64,000 nucleotides of DNA from the NCBI GenBank assembly GCA_963804765.1, contig CAWDRQ010000046.1, positions 85,580-149,579 on the forward strand, written 5' to 3'. A program made the translations under genes and the position numbers. The notes beneath the pieces were generated by a model. That model saw only the letters and a program-made list of their open reading frames with translations. It was not told the origin of the DNA and did no database searches. Positions 1 through 9,742 of the stretch are shown piece by piece. Position 1 is the first letter of the stretch; every line of letters begins with the position of its first letter. Source of the stretch: an uncultured Acidimicrobiaceae bacterium. GTDB taxonomy: Bacteria > Actinomycetota > Acidimicrobiia > Acidimicrobiales > Bog-793.

Positions 1-917
1 TGAGGATCGGCATGGTCGGGCTGGGGAAGATGGGCGCCAACATGACCCGGCGACTGATCGAGAAGGGTCACGAGGTAGTCGGCTTCGACCTCGGGGCCGA
101 GGCGCGAGCGGCCGTCGCGTCCTACGGAGCGGGCACGGCCGCGAGCCTCGAGGAGCTGGCAGGCAAGCTCGCGGCGCCTCGCGTCGCCTGGGTGATGGTG
201 CCGGCCGGCGAGGCGACCGATGACACGGTCGCGTCCTTGGGTCAGCTTTTCGAGGCCGGTGACCTCGTGATCGACGGCGGCAACTCGAATTACAAGCAGG
301 CCGCTCTGTACGCGTCACTCCTGGCCGGCCGCGGTGTCCACTTCGTCGATGCCGGCACCTCCGGCGGCGTCTGGGGCCTGGAGAACGGGTACTGCATCAT
401 GGTCGGCGGCAGCACCGAGGCGGTGGCGATCGCGGAGCCGATCTTCCTGGCGTTGGCACCTGAGGGCGGTTACGCGCACGTCGGCCCAGTAGGTGCGGGC
501 CACTTCGTCAAGATGGTGCACAACGGCATCGAGTACGGGCTCATGGAGGCCTACGCCGAAGGATTCGAGATCATGTCCAAGGCCGGCGAGTTCGACCTCG
601 ACCTTCACGAGGTCGCTTCGATATGGCGGTATGGCTCTGTGGTCAGGTCGTGGTTGCTGGACCTTGCTGAGCTGGCGCTCCGGCCCGGCGCCGGTTTCGA
701 TGACATCGAGCCGTTCGTCGTCGACTCCGGGGAGGGCCGTTGGACCCTCGAGGCGGCGCTGGAGCGCGACGTGCCGGTGCCGGTCATCGCGGCCTCGCTG
801 TTCCGGCGCTACGAGAGCCGCGAGAAGGGCTCCTATGGGCTGCGGCTGCTCGCGGCCCTGCGCAACCAGTTCGGGGGACACGCCGTTGTGCGCGCGAACG
901 ACGAGGCCGCTCCATGA
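1..917 (+). CDS. gnd: 6-phosphogluconate dehydrogenase, decarboxylating (short ~300-aa Gnd/YqeC type); 5' end probably clipped by the window edge
   Basis: ORF 12..917. Rossmann motif MVGLGKMGANM, plus GGNSNY and HFVKMVHNGIEYG, all typical of 6PGDH. The frame stays open back to nt 3 (R-I-G upstream of the listed Met), and nt 1-2 'tg' could be the end of the true start codon. The stop overlaps the zwf start (ATGA at 914-917). Confidence 0.88.
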   Translation, partial: RIGMVGLGKMGANMTRRLIEKGHEVVGFDLGAEARAAVASYGAGTAASLEELAGKLAAPRVAWVMVPAGEATDDTVASLGQLFEAGDLVIDGGNSNYKQAALYASLLAGRGVHFVDAGTSGGVWGLENGYCIMVGGSTEAVAIAEPIFLALAPEGGYAHVGPVGAGHFVKMVHNGIEYGLMEAYAEGFEIMSKAGEFDLDLHEVASIWRYGSVVRSWLLDLAELALRPGAGFDDIEPFVVDSGEGRWTLEAALERDVPVPVIAASLFRRYESREKGSYGLRLLAALRNQFGGHAVVRANDEAAP

Positions 918-2413
918 CCGCCCAACGGGCCCAGGCCAAGACGCCGCCGCTCGCGCTCGTGATGTTCGGCGCGTCCGGCGATCTGACCGCGCGGAAGCTT
1001 CTCCCGGCGCTGGCGTCGCTGGCGGACAACGGGTCGCTGGCCGATGGTTTTGTTCTCGTCGGTGTCGCCAGGACCAAGTGGTCCGACGACGAGTTCCGCG
1101 ACCACTGTCTCGAGGCTGTCCCCGGCGCCAAGCCCGCCTGGACCGAGCTCGTCAAGCAGTTCCGTTACGTGAGCGGCAACTATGACGACGCTGCGACATT
1201 CGAGAAGGTCTCCGCGATCCTTGCCGAGCTCGATGAAGCCAAGGGAGGCGGAGGCACTGCGGGCAACAGGATGTTCTATCTCGCCACGATCCCTGCGCTT
1301 TTCGGGGAGGTCGCCCGCGGCCTCGCCCGCCATGGGCTGAACCGTCCTGGGCGTGGGGGCAAGTTCGCGCGGCTGGTGATCGAGAAGCCCTTCGGCCGAA
1401 ACCTCGAGACCGCGAAAGCTCTCGACGAGACCCTGCACGAGTCCTTCGGCGAGGCTCAGATCTACCGGATCGACCATTACATGGGCAAGGAAACAGTGCA
1501 GAATGTGCTCGCCCTTCGCTTTGCGAACTCGATATTCGAGCCCGTCTGGAACCGGCGCTACGTCGGTCACGTCCACGTCACCGTCGCCGAGTCTCTCGGC
1601 GTCGAGCACAGGGGCTCTTTCTACGAGAGCGCCGGGGCATTGCGCGACATCGTGCAGAACCATGTGATGCAAGTCCTCGCACTCACCTTGATGGAGCCCT
1701 CGGCCACAATGGACCCGACTTCGATCAGAGACGAGAAGGTGAAGCTGCTCCGGTCGATCATGGCCCCGCGCGTCGACGAGGTGGAGAGCGCCGTGGTGCG
1801 CGCGCAGTACACCGCAGGCACCATCGACGGCAAGCACGTTCCCGGCTACCGGGAAGAGGTCGGCGTCGACCCTCAGTCGATGATCGAGACCTTCGTCGCC
1901 ATGCGGCTCACCGTGGACAACTGGCGCTGGGCCGGGGTGCCGGTGTTCATCCGTACCGGCAAACGTCTGGCCAAGCGGTCGACCGAGGTCGTGATGGTCT
2001 TCCAGCGGCCCCCCCACCTCCCCTTTGCCGGCAAGCTCACCCGAGGGCTCCAGCCCAACGCGCTCATCTTGCGCATACAGCCCGACGAGGGCATCACGCT
2101 TCGTTTCGGGGCCAAGGTGCCCGGTCAGGACTACCGCGTGCGAACCGTGGCGATGGAGTTCTCCTACAAGGACGCCTTCGGGACCGATCCCCCCGAAGCC
2201 TACGAGCGGCTCCTGCTCGACGCGATGATCGGCGACCCGACCCTGTTCATCCGCACCGACGAGGTGGAGCAAGCCTGGCGGCTTCTCGAGCCGCTCCAGG
2301 AGGCGTTCGCGGAGGGGTACCCGCACCTCTCGCTCTACAACGCCGGCACCTGGGGGCCGCTCGAGGCCGCGCGGCTCCTCGAGCCCGACGGGTACGAATG
2401 GGTGAATCCCTGA
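914..2413 (+). CDS. zwf: glucose-6-phosphate 1-dehydrogenase (NADP type)
   Basis: ATG at 914 overlaps the gnd stop. Motifs: GASGDLTARKLLPAL dinucleotide-binding and RIDHYMGKE active site. The listed ORF start at 740 is an in-frame upstream extension overlapping gnd. Confidence 0.93.
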   Translation: MTAQRAQAKTPPLALVMFGASGDLTARKLLPALASLADNGSLADGFVLVGVARTKWSDDEFRDHCLEAVPGAKPAWTELVKQFRYVSGNYDDAATFEKVSAILAELDEAKGGGGTAGNRMFYLATIPALFGEVARGLARHGLNRPGRGGKFARLVIEKPFGRNLETAKALDETLHESFGEAQIYRIDHYMGKETVQNVLALRFANSIFEPVWNRRYVGHVHVTVAESLGVEHRGSFYESAGALRDIVQNHVMQVLALTLMEPSATMDPTSIRDEKVKLLRSIMAPRVDEVESAVVRAQYTAGTIDGKHVPGYREEVGVDPQSMIETFVAMRLTVDNWRWAGVPVFIRTGKRLAKRSTEVVMVFQRPPHLPFAGKLTRGLQPNALILRIQPDEGITLRFGAKVPGQDYRVRTVAMEFSYKDAFGTDPPEAYERLLLDAMIGDPTLFIRTDEVEQAWRLLEPLQEAFAEGYPHLSLYNAGTWGPLEAARLLEPDGYEWVNP

Positions 2414-3159
2414 GTGTCCGCCGACGCTGAGCTGAGCATCCCCAACGGCGAGTTGCACGTGGTCGACGACGTGCCGGCCGCCTTCGCCGACCTGGTGGTC
2501 CGGCAGGTCGGACCCGAGCTCGCCCGTGCCGACAGGGCGCGCGACGAACCGTTCAGCGCGGGCGAGAGGAGGTTCAGCCTCGTGCTGTCGGGTGGATCGA
2601 CCGCGGCGAGTGCTACGAACAGCTGGCACTGAGGCCCGGGCTCGACTGGGGCCGCATCGAGTGCCTCGTCGGTGACGAGCGCTGCGTGCCGGCCGACGAT
2701 CCGGACGCCAACCAGCGGATGATCCGCGAAGTGCTCGTTGACCGCGTCGAGCCGCACCCGCGATTCCTGCCGATGGACTGCGGTGCTCCGCCGGAGGCCT
2801 ACCAGGCCGTGATCGAGGCGCGGCCCCACCTCGATCTGGTGCACCTCGGGTTGGGCCCGGACGGCCACACCGCCTCACTTTTCCCGGGCTCGCCCGCCCT
2901 CGGAGCTCCCCCTGGTCGCCTCGTCCAGCGCAACGTGGATCCCTCGGGCCGCAATCGACACGAGCGGCTCACGCTGACCTTTGCGGGGATCGCCAGAGCG
3001 CGGCTCGCCGTGTTCACGGTCGCGGGACCTGACAAGCACGAGGCCCTGTCGCAGGCCCTGAACCACGAAGACCTCCCCGCGACACGGGTGCACGCCGATC
3101 GCGTGGTCTGGCTCTGCGACCGGGCGGCGATCGGTTCCGAAACGCTTCCCGTAGGGTAA
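2414..3159 (+). pseudogene. pgl: 6-phosphogluconolactonase, split by a net -1 frameshift near 2603-2608
   Basis: ORF 2414..2632 ends ...LVLSGGSTAASATNSWH*. The adjacent frame reads ECYEQLALRPGLDWGRIECLVGDERCVPADDPDAN and runs into ORF 2686..3159 (HLGLGPDGHTASLFPG). Together they form one canonical Pgl. Total length 746 nt, which is 2 mod 3. GTG at 2414 directly follows the zwf TGA. Confidence 0.85.
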
Positions 3160-3163
3160 GCCC

Positions 3164-5572
3164 ATGACCGAACTCACCCGAAACGCCAGCGGCGCTGCCT
3201 GCAGTGCCCAAGACAGCGTCGTGTCGGACGGTCCTTTCGACGTCACTGACGACGAGCTGCTGGCCACACCACTGCAGGATCTGCTCTTGCATGCGCGCAG
3301 AATCCGCGATCGCCGCTACGGCAACCGGGTCACATTCTCTCCGAAGGTCTTCATCCCACTCACCATGTTGTGCCAGGACCGCTGCGGCTACTGCACGTTC
3401 GCCAAGCCTCCGGCTCGTCTCACCTCCGCGTTCCTGAGCCCCGAGCAGGTTCTCGCCATCGCCCGAGCCGGTGCAGAGGCGGGCTGCCACGAAGCCCTGT
3501 TCACCCTCGGCGAGCGTCCGGAACTCCGTTACCCGGTTGCAGCCGCATGGCTCGCCGACCACGGCTTCACCTCGACCATCGACTACCTCGTCGAGTGCTG
3601 CCGCCTCGTCGGGACCGAAACGGGTCTCCTCGCGCATGCGAACGCGGGGGCACTGTTCCCCGGTGAGCTCGCCCGGCTTCGCGAAGTGGCCGTTAGTCAG
3701 GGGATGATGCTCGAGTCCCTCGCTGCGTCCTTGGCCTGTCACCGAGTGTCACCGGACAAGACCCCCGAGCGCCGGTTGGCCACCATGGAGGCCGCCGGCC
3801 GGCTCGAGATCGCATTCACGACCGGAATCCTCGTGGGCATAGGTGAGACCCGGGCGGACCGTCTCGTGGCCCTGCGGGCGATTGCCTCCAGCCATGCCCG
3901 GCACGGTCACATCCAGGAGGTGATCGTGCAGAACTTCCTCCCGAAGCCCGCGACGGCGATGCAAGCTACGGTCCCCTGCCCCGCCGAGGAGCACCTGTGG
4001 TCGATCGCGGTCGCCCGGATACTGCTCCCGCCCGGCGTCCATCTGCAGGCGCCCCCGAACCTGACCGAGGACTTCGCCACGCTGCTGGACGCGGGCATAG
4101 ACGACTGGGGCGGTGTGTCGCCGGTGACGGCCGATCACGTGAACCCCGAGCGCGCCTGGCCGGCTCTCGAACGCCTGCGCCAGGTGACCGAGGAGCACCA
4201 CCATGTGCTCGCTCCCCGTCTCGCGGTCCACCCGGAGTGGGCTGAGGGTAGATACGTGGCGACGGGCCTGCGTCACGCGGTGATGGATCGTGCCGACGCG
4301 GAAGGCCTCGCACGGGACTCGAACTGGTGCTCCGGTGGCGAGGCGGCGCCGCCACAGTTGCTCGGCGGGTCCAGGCCGATCCCGGCCCGACGCCCTGCTG
4401 GCGCGGCCGTCTCGGACGGCTCTACGGCGGCGCCCAGAATCCGACGATCGCCCGTTGGCGGAGTCGTGGGCGAGGTGCTCACGGGCGCGCTCGCGGGCCA
4501 GGAGGTCGGCGAAGATGAGATCGTCGAGCTTTTCGCCGCCCGCGGTCCGGAAGTGGTCGCGGTGGCCGAGGTCGCGGACGAGCTCCGGCGAAGAGCAGTC
4601 GGCGACGTGGTCACCTTCGTGGTCAACCGGAACATCAACTACACCAACATCTGCACGTTCAAGTGCAAGTTCTGCGCGTTCTCGAAAGGACCGTTGTCGC
4701 TGAACCTCCGCGGCAGCCCCTACCTGCTCGAGATCGACGAGATCACCCGGCGCGTCGTGGAGGCCGAGCAGGCCGGCGCCACCGAGGTCTGCCTCCAAGG
4801 TGGGATCCATCCGGACTTCGACGGGAACTACTACCTCGAAGTGCTCAAGGCGGTACGCGCCGGTTCCGAGCGCATGCACATCCATGCCTTCACCGCGCTC
4901 GAGGTTCACGAGGGGGCGCGTCGGCTCGGCGAGCCGCTGGACGCATACCTGGTCCGGCTCAGGGACGCCGGCCTGCGCACCTTGCCGGGCACGGCGGCCG
5001 AGATCCTCGACGACGAGGTCCGGACGATCCTGTGCCCGGACAAGATCGACACCGAGCGTTGGCTCGAGGTGCACCGAGTCGCCCACGGCGTCGGCTTGCG
5101 CTCGAATGTCACGATCATGTTCGGGGCCGTCGAGCAGCCCCGTCACTGGGCGCGGCATCTGGTCCGCACACGGGCCCTGCAGAAAGAGACCGGAGGCTTC
5201 ACCGAGTTCGTCCCGCTCCCGTTCGTCCACATGGCCTCCCCGATCTATCTCCAGAACAAGGCGCGCCGGGGCCCGACATTCCGGGAGGCGCTCCTGATGC
5301 ATGCCGTGGGGCGCATCGCCTACAACGGCTGGATCGACAACATCCAGGCGAGCTGGGTCAAGATCGGCCTCGACGGCGCCAGGCAGCTGCTCGTTGCGGG
5401 CTGCAACGATCTCGGTGGAACCCTCATGGACGAGAACATCTCCCGGGCCGCGGGCGCCAAACACGGCCAGCAGATGCACGAGGCCGACTTCCGCGAGCTT
5501 GCGGCATCCGTCGGACGCCGTCTCGAGCAGCGGACGACCCTTTACGGGCGCGTGTTGACCGCGGCCAGCTGA
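3164..5572 (+). CDS. fbiC: FO synthase (7,8-didemethyl-8-hydroxy-5-deazariboflavin synthase), fused CofG/CofH
   Basis: 802 aa with two radical-SAM CxxxCxxC motifs: CQDRCGYCTF in the CofG half and CTFKCKFCAF in the CofH half. Starts 4 nt after the pgl stop. Confidence 0.93.
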   Translation: MTELTRNASGAACSAQDSVVSDGPFDVTDDELLATPLQDLLLHARRIRDRRYGNRVTFSPKVFIPLTMLCQDRCGYCTFAKPPARLTSAFLSPEQVLAIARAGAEAGCHEALFTLGERPELRYPVAAAWLADHGFTSTIDYLVECCRLVGTETGLLAHANAGALFPGELARLREVAVSQGMMLESLAASLACHRVSPDKTPERRLATMEAAGRLEIAFTTGILVGIGETRADRLVALRAIASSHARHGHIQEVIVQNFLPKPATAMQATVPCPAEEHLWSIAVARILLPPGVHLQAPPNLTEDFATLLDAGIDDWGGVSPVTADHVNPERAWPALERLRQVTEEHHHVLAPRLAVHPEWAEGRYVATGLRHAVMDRADAEGLARDSNWCSGGEAAPPQLLGGSRPIPARRPAGAAVSDGSTAAPRIRRSPVGGVVGEVLTGALAGQEVGEDEIVELFAARGPEVVAVAEVADELRRRAVGDVVTFVVNRNINYTNICTFKCKFCAFSKGPLSLNLRGSPYLLEIDEITRRVVEAEQAGATEVCLQGGIHPDFDGNYYLEVLKAVRAGSERMHIHAFTALEVHEGARRLGEPLDAYLVRLRDAGLRTLPGTAAEILDDEVRTILCPDKIDTERWLEVHRVAHGVGLRSNVTIMFGAVEQPRHWARHLVRTRALQKETGGFTEFVPLPFVHMASPIYLQNKARRGPTFREALLMHAVGRIAYNGWIDNIQASWVKIGLDGARQLLVAGCNDLGGTLMDENISRAAGAKHGQQMHEADFRELAASVGRRLEQRTTLYGRVLTAAS

Positions 5573-5575
5573 GCG

Positions 5576-6619
5576 ATGACCCCTACACCGCCGGCCGGTC
5601 TCGGCGAGGAGATCGAAGGCCGTGTCGCCGAGCTGTTGGAGCTATCCGGTGCCCGGGGCAACCGCGACCTTCTCCGGGACATCCTCGTGACGGGGCTCTC
5701 GCTCGCTCGCATCGATGCCAGCCGGCTCGACCTGAAGATCGCGGCCTCGGCGCTCGCCGAGATGGAGCGGGCGTTCGAGCTGTTCGCGAGCTACCGGGGC
5801 ATCCCGAAGCTGACCATGTTCGGCTCGGCGCGCACGGCAGTATCCGACCCTTTGTATGCCCAGGCAACCGACCTTGCCGCACGCATGGCCCATGAGAAGT
5901 GGCTCGTGGTCACTGGCGCCGGACCGGGCATCATGGCTGCGGGAGCCGACGGAGCGGGCACTGAGATGTCCCTCGGCGTCGAGATCCGTCTCCCCTTCGA
6001 GACCGCCTCTCACCCCCAGCTCGCCGCCGAGGGCCGTCTTGTCGAGATGAAGTACTTCTTCACCCGAAAGCTCATGTTGATGAAGGAGTCGGCCGCCTTC
6101 GCGGTCCTGCCGGGCGGCTTCGGCACGCTGGACGAATGTTTCGAGCTCCTCACCTTGCTTCAGACGGGCAAGGCGGAGCCCGCGCCGATCGTCCTGCTGG
6201 ACCTTCCTGGCGACCCGTACTGGGAGGCACTCGAGAGGTTCCTCAAGGGCGAGGTGTCGCGGCGGGGCCTCGTGGACCGCGAGGACGGGGCCCTGTACCG
6301 CATCACCGACGATGTCGGCGTGGCCGTCAATGAGATCCTCCGCTTCTACCGCAACTACCACTCGCGGCGCTTTGTCGGCGCGACGATGGTCATACGCTGC
6401 CGGTTCGCGCCAAGCGACGAGGAGCTGGCGCAGCTAAACCAGGAATTCGCCGACATCTGCACCTCGAAGGGGATCTGGCGGACCGGCCCCTTGCCCCCCG
6501 AGCGAGCGGGTCGTGACCACCTCGAGCTGAAGCGCATCGCGCTCGAGTTCGACCGGCGCTCGCACGGCCGGCTCCGCATGCTCATCGACACCATCAACCG
6601 GTGGCCGGCCTCGAGCTGA
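5576..6619 (+). CDS. LOG family protein (TIGR00730-type Rossmann fold, long form with N-terminal extension)
   Basis: Motifs VVTGAGPGIMAAG and PGGFGTLDECFELLTL (PGGxGTxxE). ATG lies 3 nt after the fbiC stop. Confidence 0.8.
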   Translation: MTPTPPAGLGEEIEGRVAELLELSGARGNRDLLRDILVTGLSLARIDASRLDLKIAASALAEMERAFELFASYRGIPKLTMFGSARTAVSDPLYAQATDLAARMAHEKWLVVTGAGPGIMAAGADGAGTEMSLGVEIRLPFETASHPQLAAEGRLVEMKYFFTRKLMLMKESAAFAVLPGGFGTLDECFELLTLLQTGKAEPAPIVLLDLPGDPYWEALERFLKGEVSRRGLVDREDGALYRITDDVGVAVNEILRFYRNYHSRRFVGATMVIRCRFAPSDEELAQLNQEFADICTSKGIWRTGPLPPERAGRDHLELKRIALEFDRRSHGRLRMLIDTINRWPASS

Positions 6620-6623
6620 ACGC

Positions 6624-6960
6624 TCAGTCGCCCGCGTGTCCCGGTTCCTCGGCCTCCCAGGCTCCCCCGTCTCCGGCCGCGCTCAGCCTGGCCCACGAGC
6701 GACGAGGCGCGTTCGATGGCGTTGCGGGCACGCGACAGCAACCTCTCGCGCACGAGGTCAGGGTCCCTCTTGGAGGGCTTGGCGCCCCGGTGCAGGTGGG
6801 CGCGCAGAGAGTCGTAGGCCGCATCGCGGAGCCGCTCGGCGAGAGTGTCGAGCTCCGCCCGGATCGCCTGCAAGGTCTCGTCGCCCACGGTGCCTCCGCT
6901 CGTCTCGGCAGCTTCTCGCCTGCCCGGCGCGTTCGGTCCTGACGGTCTCGCGCCCATCAT
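6624..6960 (-). CDS. hypothetical small helical protein; the frame problem near 6675-6684 is tentative
   Basis: Within the 561-aa minus ORF 6355..8040, only this stretch reads like real protein with strong GC3 bias: ...TLQAIRAELDTLAERLRDAAYDSLRAHLHRGAKPSKRDPDLVRERLLSRARNAIERASSLVGQAE. Read straight through, it would overlap the LOG gene by about 265 nt. A +1 shift instead joins it to ...AAGDGGAWEAEEPGHAGD*, which ends at 6624, just past the LOG stop. The ATGATG at 6960 is in frame. Confidence 0.3.
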
Positions 6961-7050
6961 CGGCCGCCCGGCGCGCAACCTCGGCGAAGAAGCCACCTGT
7001 CCCGGTGCCCTGGGTAATCTTGCCATAGAGCAGGGGGATCCTCGAGGAGG

Positions 7051-9685
7051 TTGCCGGTGGGGCACCGGGAAAGCTCGGACTTGACTGCCGTGGGAGCAGA
7101 CCGAGTCGCCAGGGCAATGACCAGCGTTCTCGGCTCGACCGCAGCCGTGCGTGCCGGGCCGGTTCTGGTGTTTGCTTGCGACCGCGACGGCATCCTCACC
7201 TTCCTCGACGGAGGCCTCCTGCCCGAGCTTTGTGAGCTGCCCGGTGTCTTGCTCGGGCGCAGCTTGTCCACCGTCCTCGAGGACTACCCGGAGCTGGTCG
7301 ACCTCGGGCGACGCCTGCTCGGTGGCGAGCGGCTCGAGTTCGCGTCGATCGCCCTCGCCGGACGCCAGATGGAGGCCTGGGGCGTCCCGTTGCGTACGGC
7401 GTCCGGCGAACCGGACGGCGCCGCGGGGATTCTCGTGGACATCTCGGCTCGCGTCGCCGCCGAACGGTCGCTGCTCGGCGCCGCGCGCCGCGAGACGGCC
7501 CTCGTGGAGCACGCCTCGGACGCCATCTTCGTCATGACACCCGACGGTCGGCTGCGGTCTGCCAACCCGGCTGCTCACCGTCTCCTCGGCCAGGCCTGGA
7601 GCGACGGCGAGGTGCTCCATCTCGAGTTTCTCGTTCATCCCGAAGACCACGACCGCGTGCGACGCCATTTCACCGAGGCGGCCGTGCACCGAGGGAGCAC
7701 GCTGCCGATCGAGTACCGAATCGCACACGCGGATGGCAGCTGGCGCACCGTCGAGTCCGTCACCGACAACATGATCGACGACCCCGCAGTCAACGGCTTC
7801 ATCGTCACGCTCCGGGACGTCACCAGCCTCCGTGAGAGCGAGGAGCGCCTGGCCCAGAACGCCGGGCGCCAGGCGGCGCTCGCGGACCTCGGGAGGTGGG
7901 CGCTGGTCGGGCTCGCCTACCCCGACCTCGTCGAGGACGCGGTCACCCTGCTCGCCGAGCAACTCCAAGTGGACTTCGTGCACGTGTTCGAGGCGATGCC
8001 GGACGCAGCCTTTGCGGCACTGACCGCCAGTCACGGTCACGACGCCTCCGGGCCGGAGCTGCTCTCGACCGATCCGACGTCCTCACCCGTGAGCTTCGCG
8101 CTTGTCACCCAGGAAACTCTGGTCTGTGACGATCTGGCTCGCGAGGCCCGGTTCGAGATCCCCGAGCTTTGGACCCGCTCGGAGGCGATGAGCGTGATCG
8201 AGGCGCCGATCCCGGGCCAGGACTCCCCCGCCGGTGTGCTGGGGGTCGGATGCCGGAGCCCACGGCGTTTTGCCGAAGAGGACGTGAACTTCGTCGTGGC
8301 TGTCGCCAATGTTCTCGCCGGTGCGGCCGCCCGCAGTCGGGCCGAGAGCGCGATCCGGGACCAGGTGCTTCACGACCCGCTGACAGGCTTGCCCAACCGC
8401 CTGGTGCTTGCCGAGCACGGCCACACGATCCTGGGACCCAAGCAGTCGGAGATGAGCGGGGTGAAGCGCACGGTGCTCGTGCTCGACATCGACCGCTTCA
8501 AGGAGATAAACGACACCCTGGGGCACGCCGTCGGCGACCTTGTCCTCCTCGCGGTCGCGCACCGGCTCCGTGAGCTCGGCGACCCGGTCGAGCTCGTGGC
8601 CCGCCTCGGCGCGGACGAATTCGCCGTCGTCGCCTCGAGCGTCGCGGAGCAGGCCGACGCCGATGCAATAGGCGCTCGCCTGCTCGCGGCACTTGCCCAA
8701 CCGATTGACGTCGCAGGCGTGCGGCTCCGCCTACGCGGAAGCGTCGGTGTCGCCGGAGCCGACGTGGACGACAGGGGCGTGAGCCTCGGCGTGCCTGCCC
8801 TGCTGAGACGCGCTGGAACTCGCGATGCACCTGGCGAAGGCGGAGCACCGCGGGATACGCCACTACAGTGACGAACTCGAGCGTTCCAGCCTGTCGCGCC
8901 TCGCGCTCGCGAGCGAGCTGGCCGACGCCCTCGACAAGAACGAGTTCCACCTCGACTACCAACCGAAGATCGATGCCCGCACCAGAATCGTCGCGGGTGT
9001 GGAGGCCGTCGTACGGTGGCGCCACCCAACCCGTGGCCTGCTGCTCCCCGATGTCTTCGTTCCTCTCGCGGAGCAGACAGGCATGATCCGCGAGCTCACG
9101 AGCTGGGTGCTTCAAGAGGCGTTGTCGGCATGCGCGGGTTGGCATCGCGCGGGACGCCTGATCCCCGTGGCCGTGAACTTGTCGGCCGCCACCCTGCACG
9201 ACCCCGAGCTCATGGACGCGGTCACGACCGCCGTGAGCCGTTCGGGGCTGCCGCCGGAGTCCATCGAGCTCGAGATCACCGAGAGTGCCATCATGTTCGA
9301 CCCCGAGGGGGCGCTCCAGAGCCTCGAATCCCTCGTCAGCTTCGGCGTGAGGCTCTCCCTCGACGATTTCGGCACCGGCTACTCGTCGCTCTCGTATCTG
9401 CAGCGTCTTCCCGTCATCGCGGTCAAGATCGACAAGTCCTTCGTCGAGCCGCTCCTGAGCGACGACAGGGCAAAGGCGATCGTCCTTGCAGTGGTCAACC
9501 TTGCCCACAGCTTGAGCCTGTCGGTCATCGCCGAGGGGGTCGACTCCGAAGCGGTGATGGAGCAGTTGATCGCGCTCGGCTGCGATGCGCTTCAAGGCTT
9601 CTACGTGGCGAGCCCGATGAGCCCGAACCGCCTCGAGCGGTGGATCGCCGCCAACTCGCCTTCAACCACACGGCGGGTGCTCTAG
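7051..9685 (+). pseudogene. PAS-GAF-GGDEF-EAL c-di-GMP signalling protein, split by a net +1 frameshift at about 8815-8816 at the GGDEF/EAL junction
   Basis: ORF 7051..8871 carries PAS-like and GAF-like regions and a GGDEF domain (DPLTGLPNR, DIDRFKEINDTLGH, RLGADEFAV). It leaves frame at ...PALLRRA. The next frame reads ELAMHLAKAEHRGIRHY and continues as ORF 8825..9685, an EAL domain (EAVVRW, DDFGTGYSSLSYL, KIDKSFV, AEGVDSE, GCDALQGF). Removing one G from the GG at 8815-8816 gives LLRRAELAMHLAK, matching the usual LLRxADxAMYxAK end of GGDEF domains. Confidence 0.85.
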
Positions 9686-9742
9686 CGCGGCGCCGCTGCG
9701 CACCGGTCCAAAGCGCTTGATCGTGCGCGGCCCTCGGCGCTC

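Noticed and set aside
6355-8040. 561-aa minus-strand ORF spanning the LOG 3' end and the first kilobase of the PAS-GGDEF gene.
   Set aside because: Most of it is antisense to a well-supported PAS/GAF coding region and reads as low-complexity sequence. Only the 6624-6960 part looks protein-like, and that part is reported separately at low confidence.
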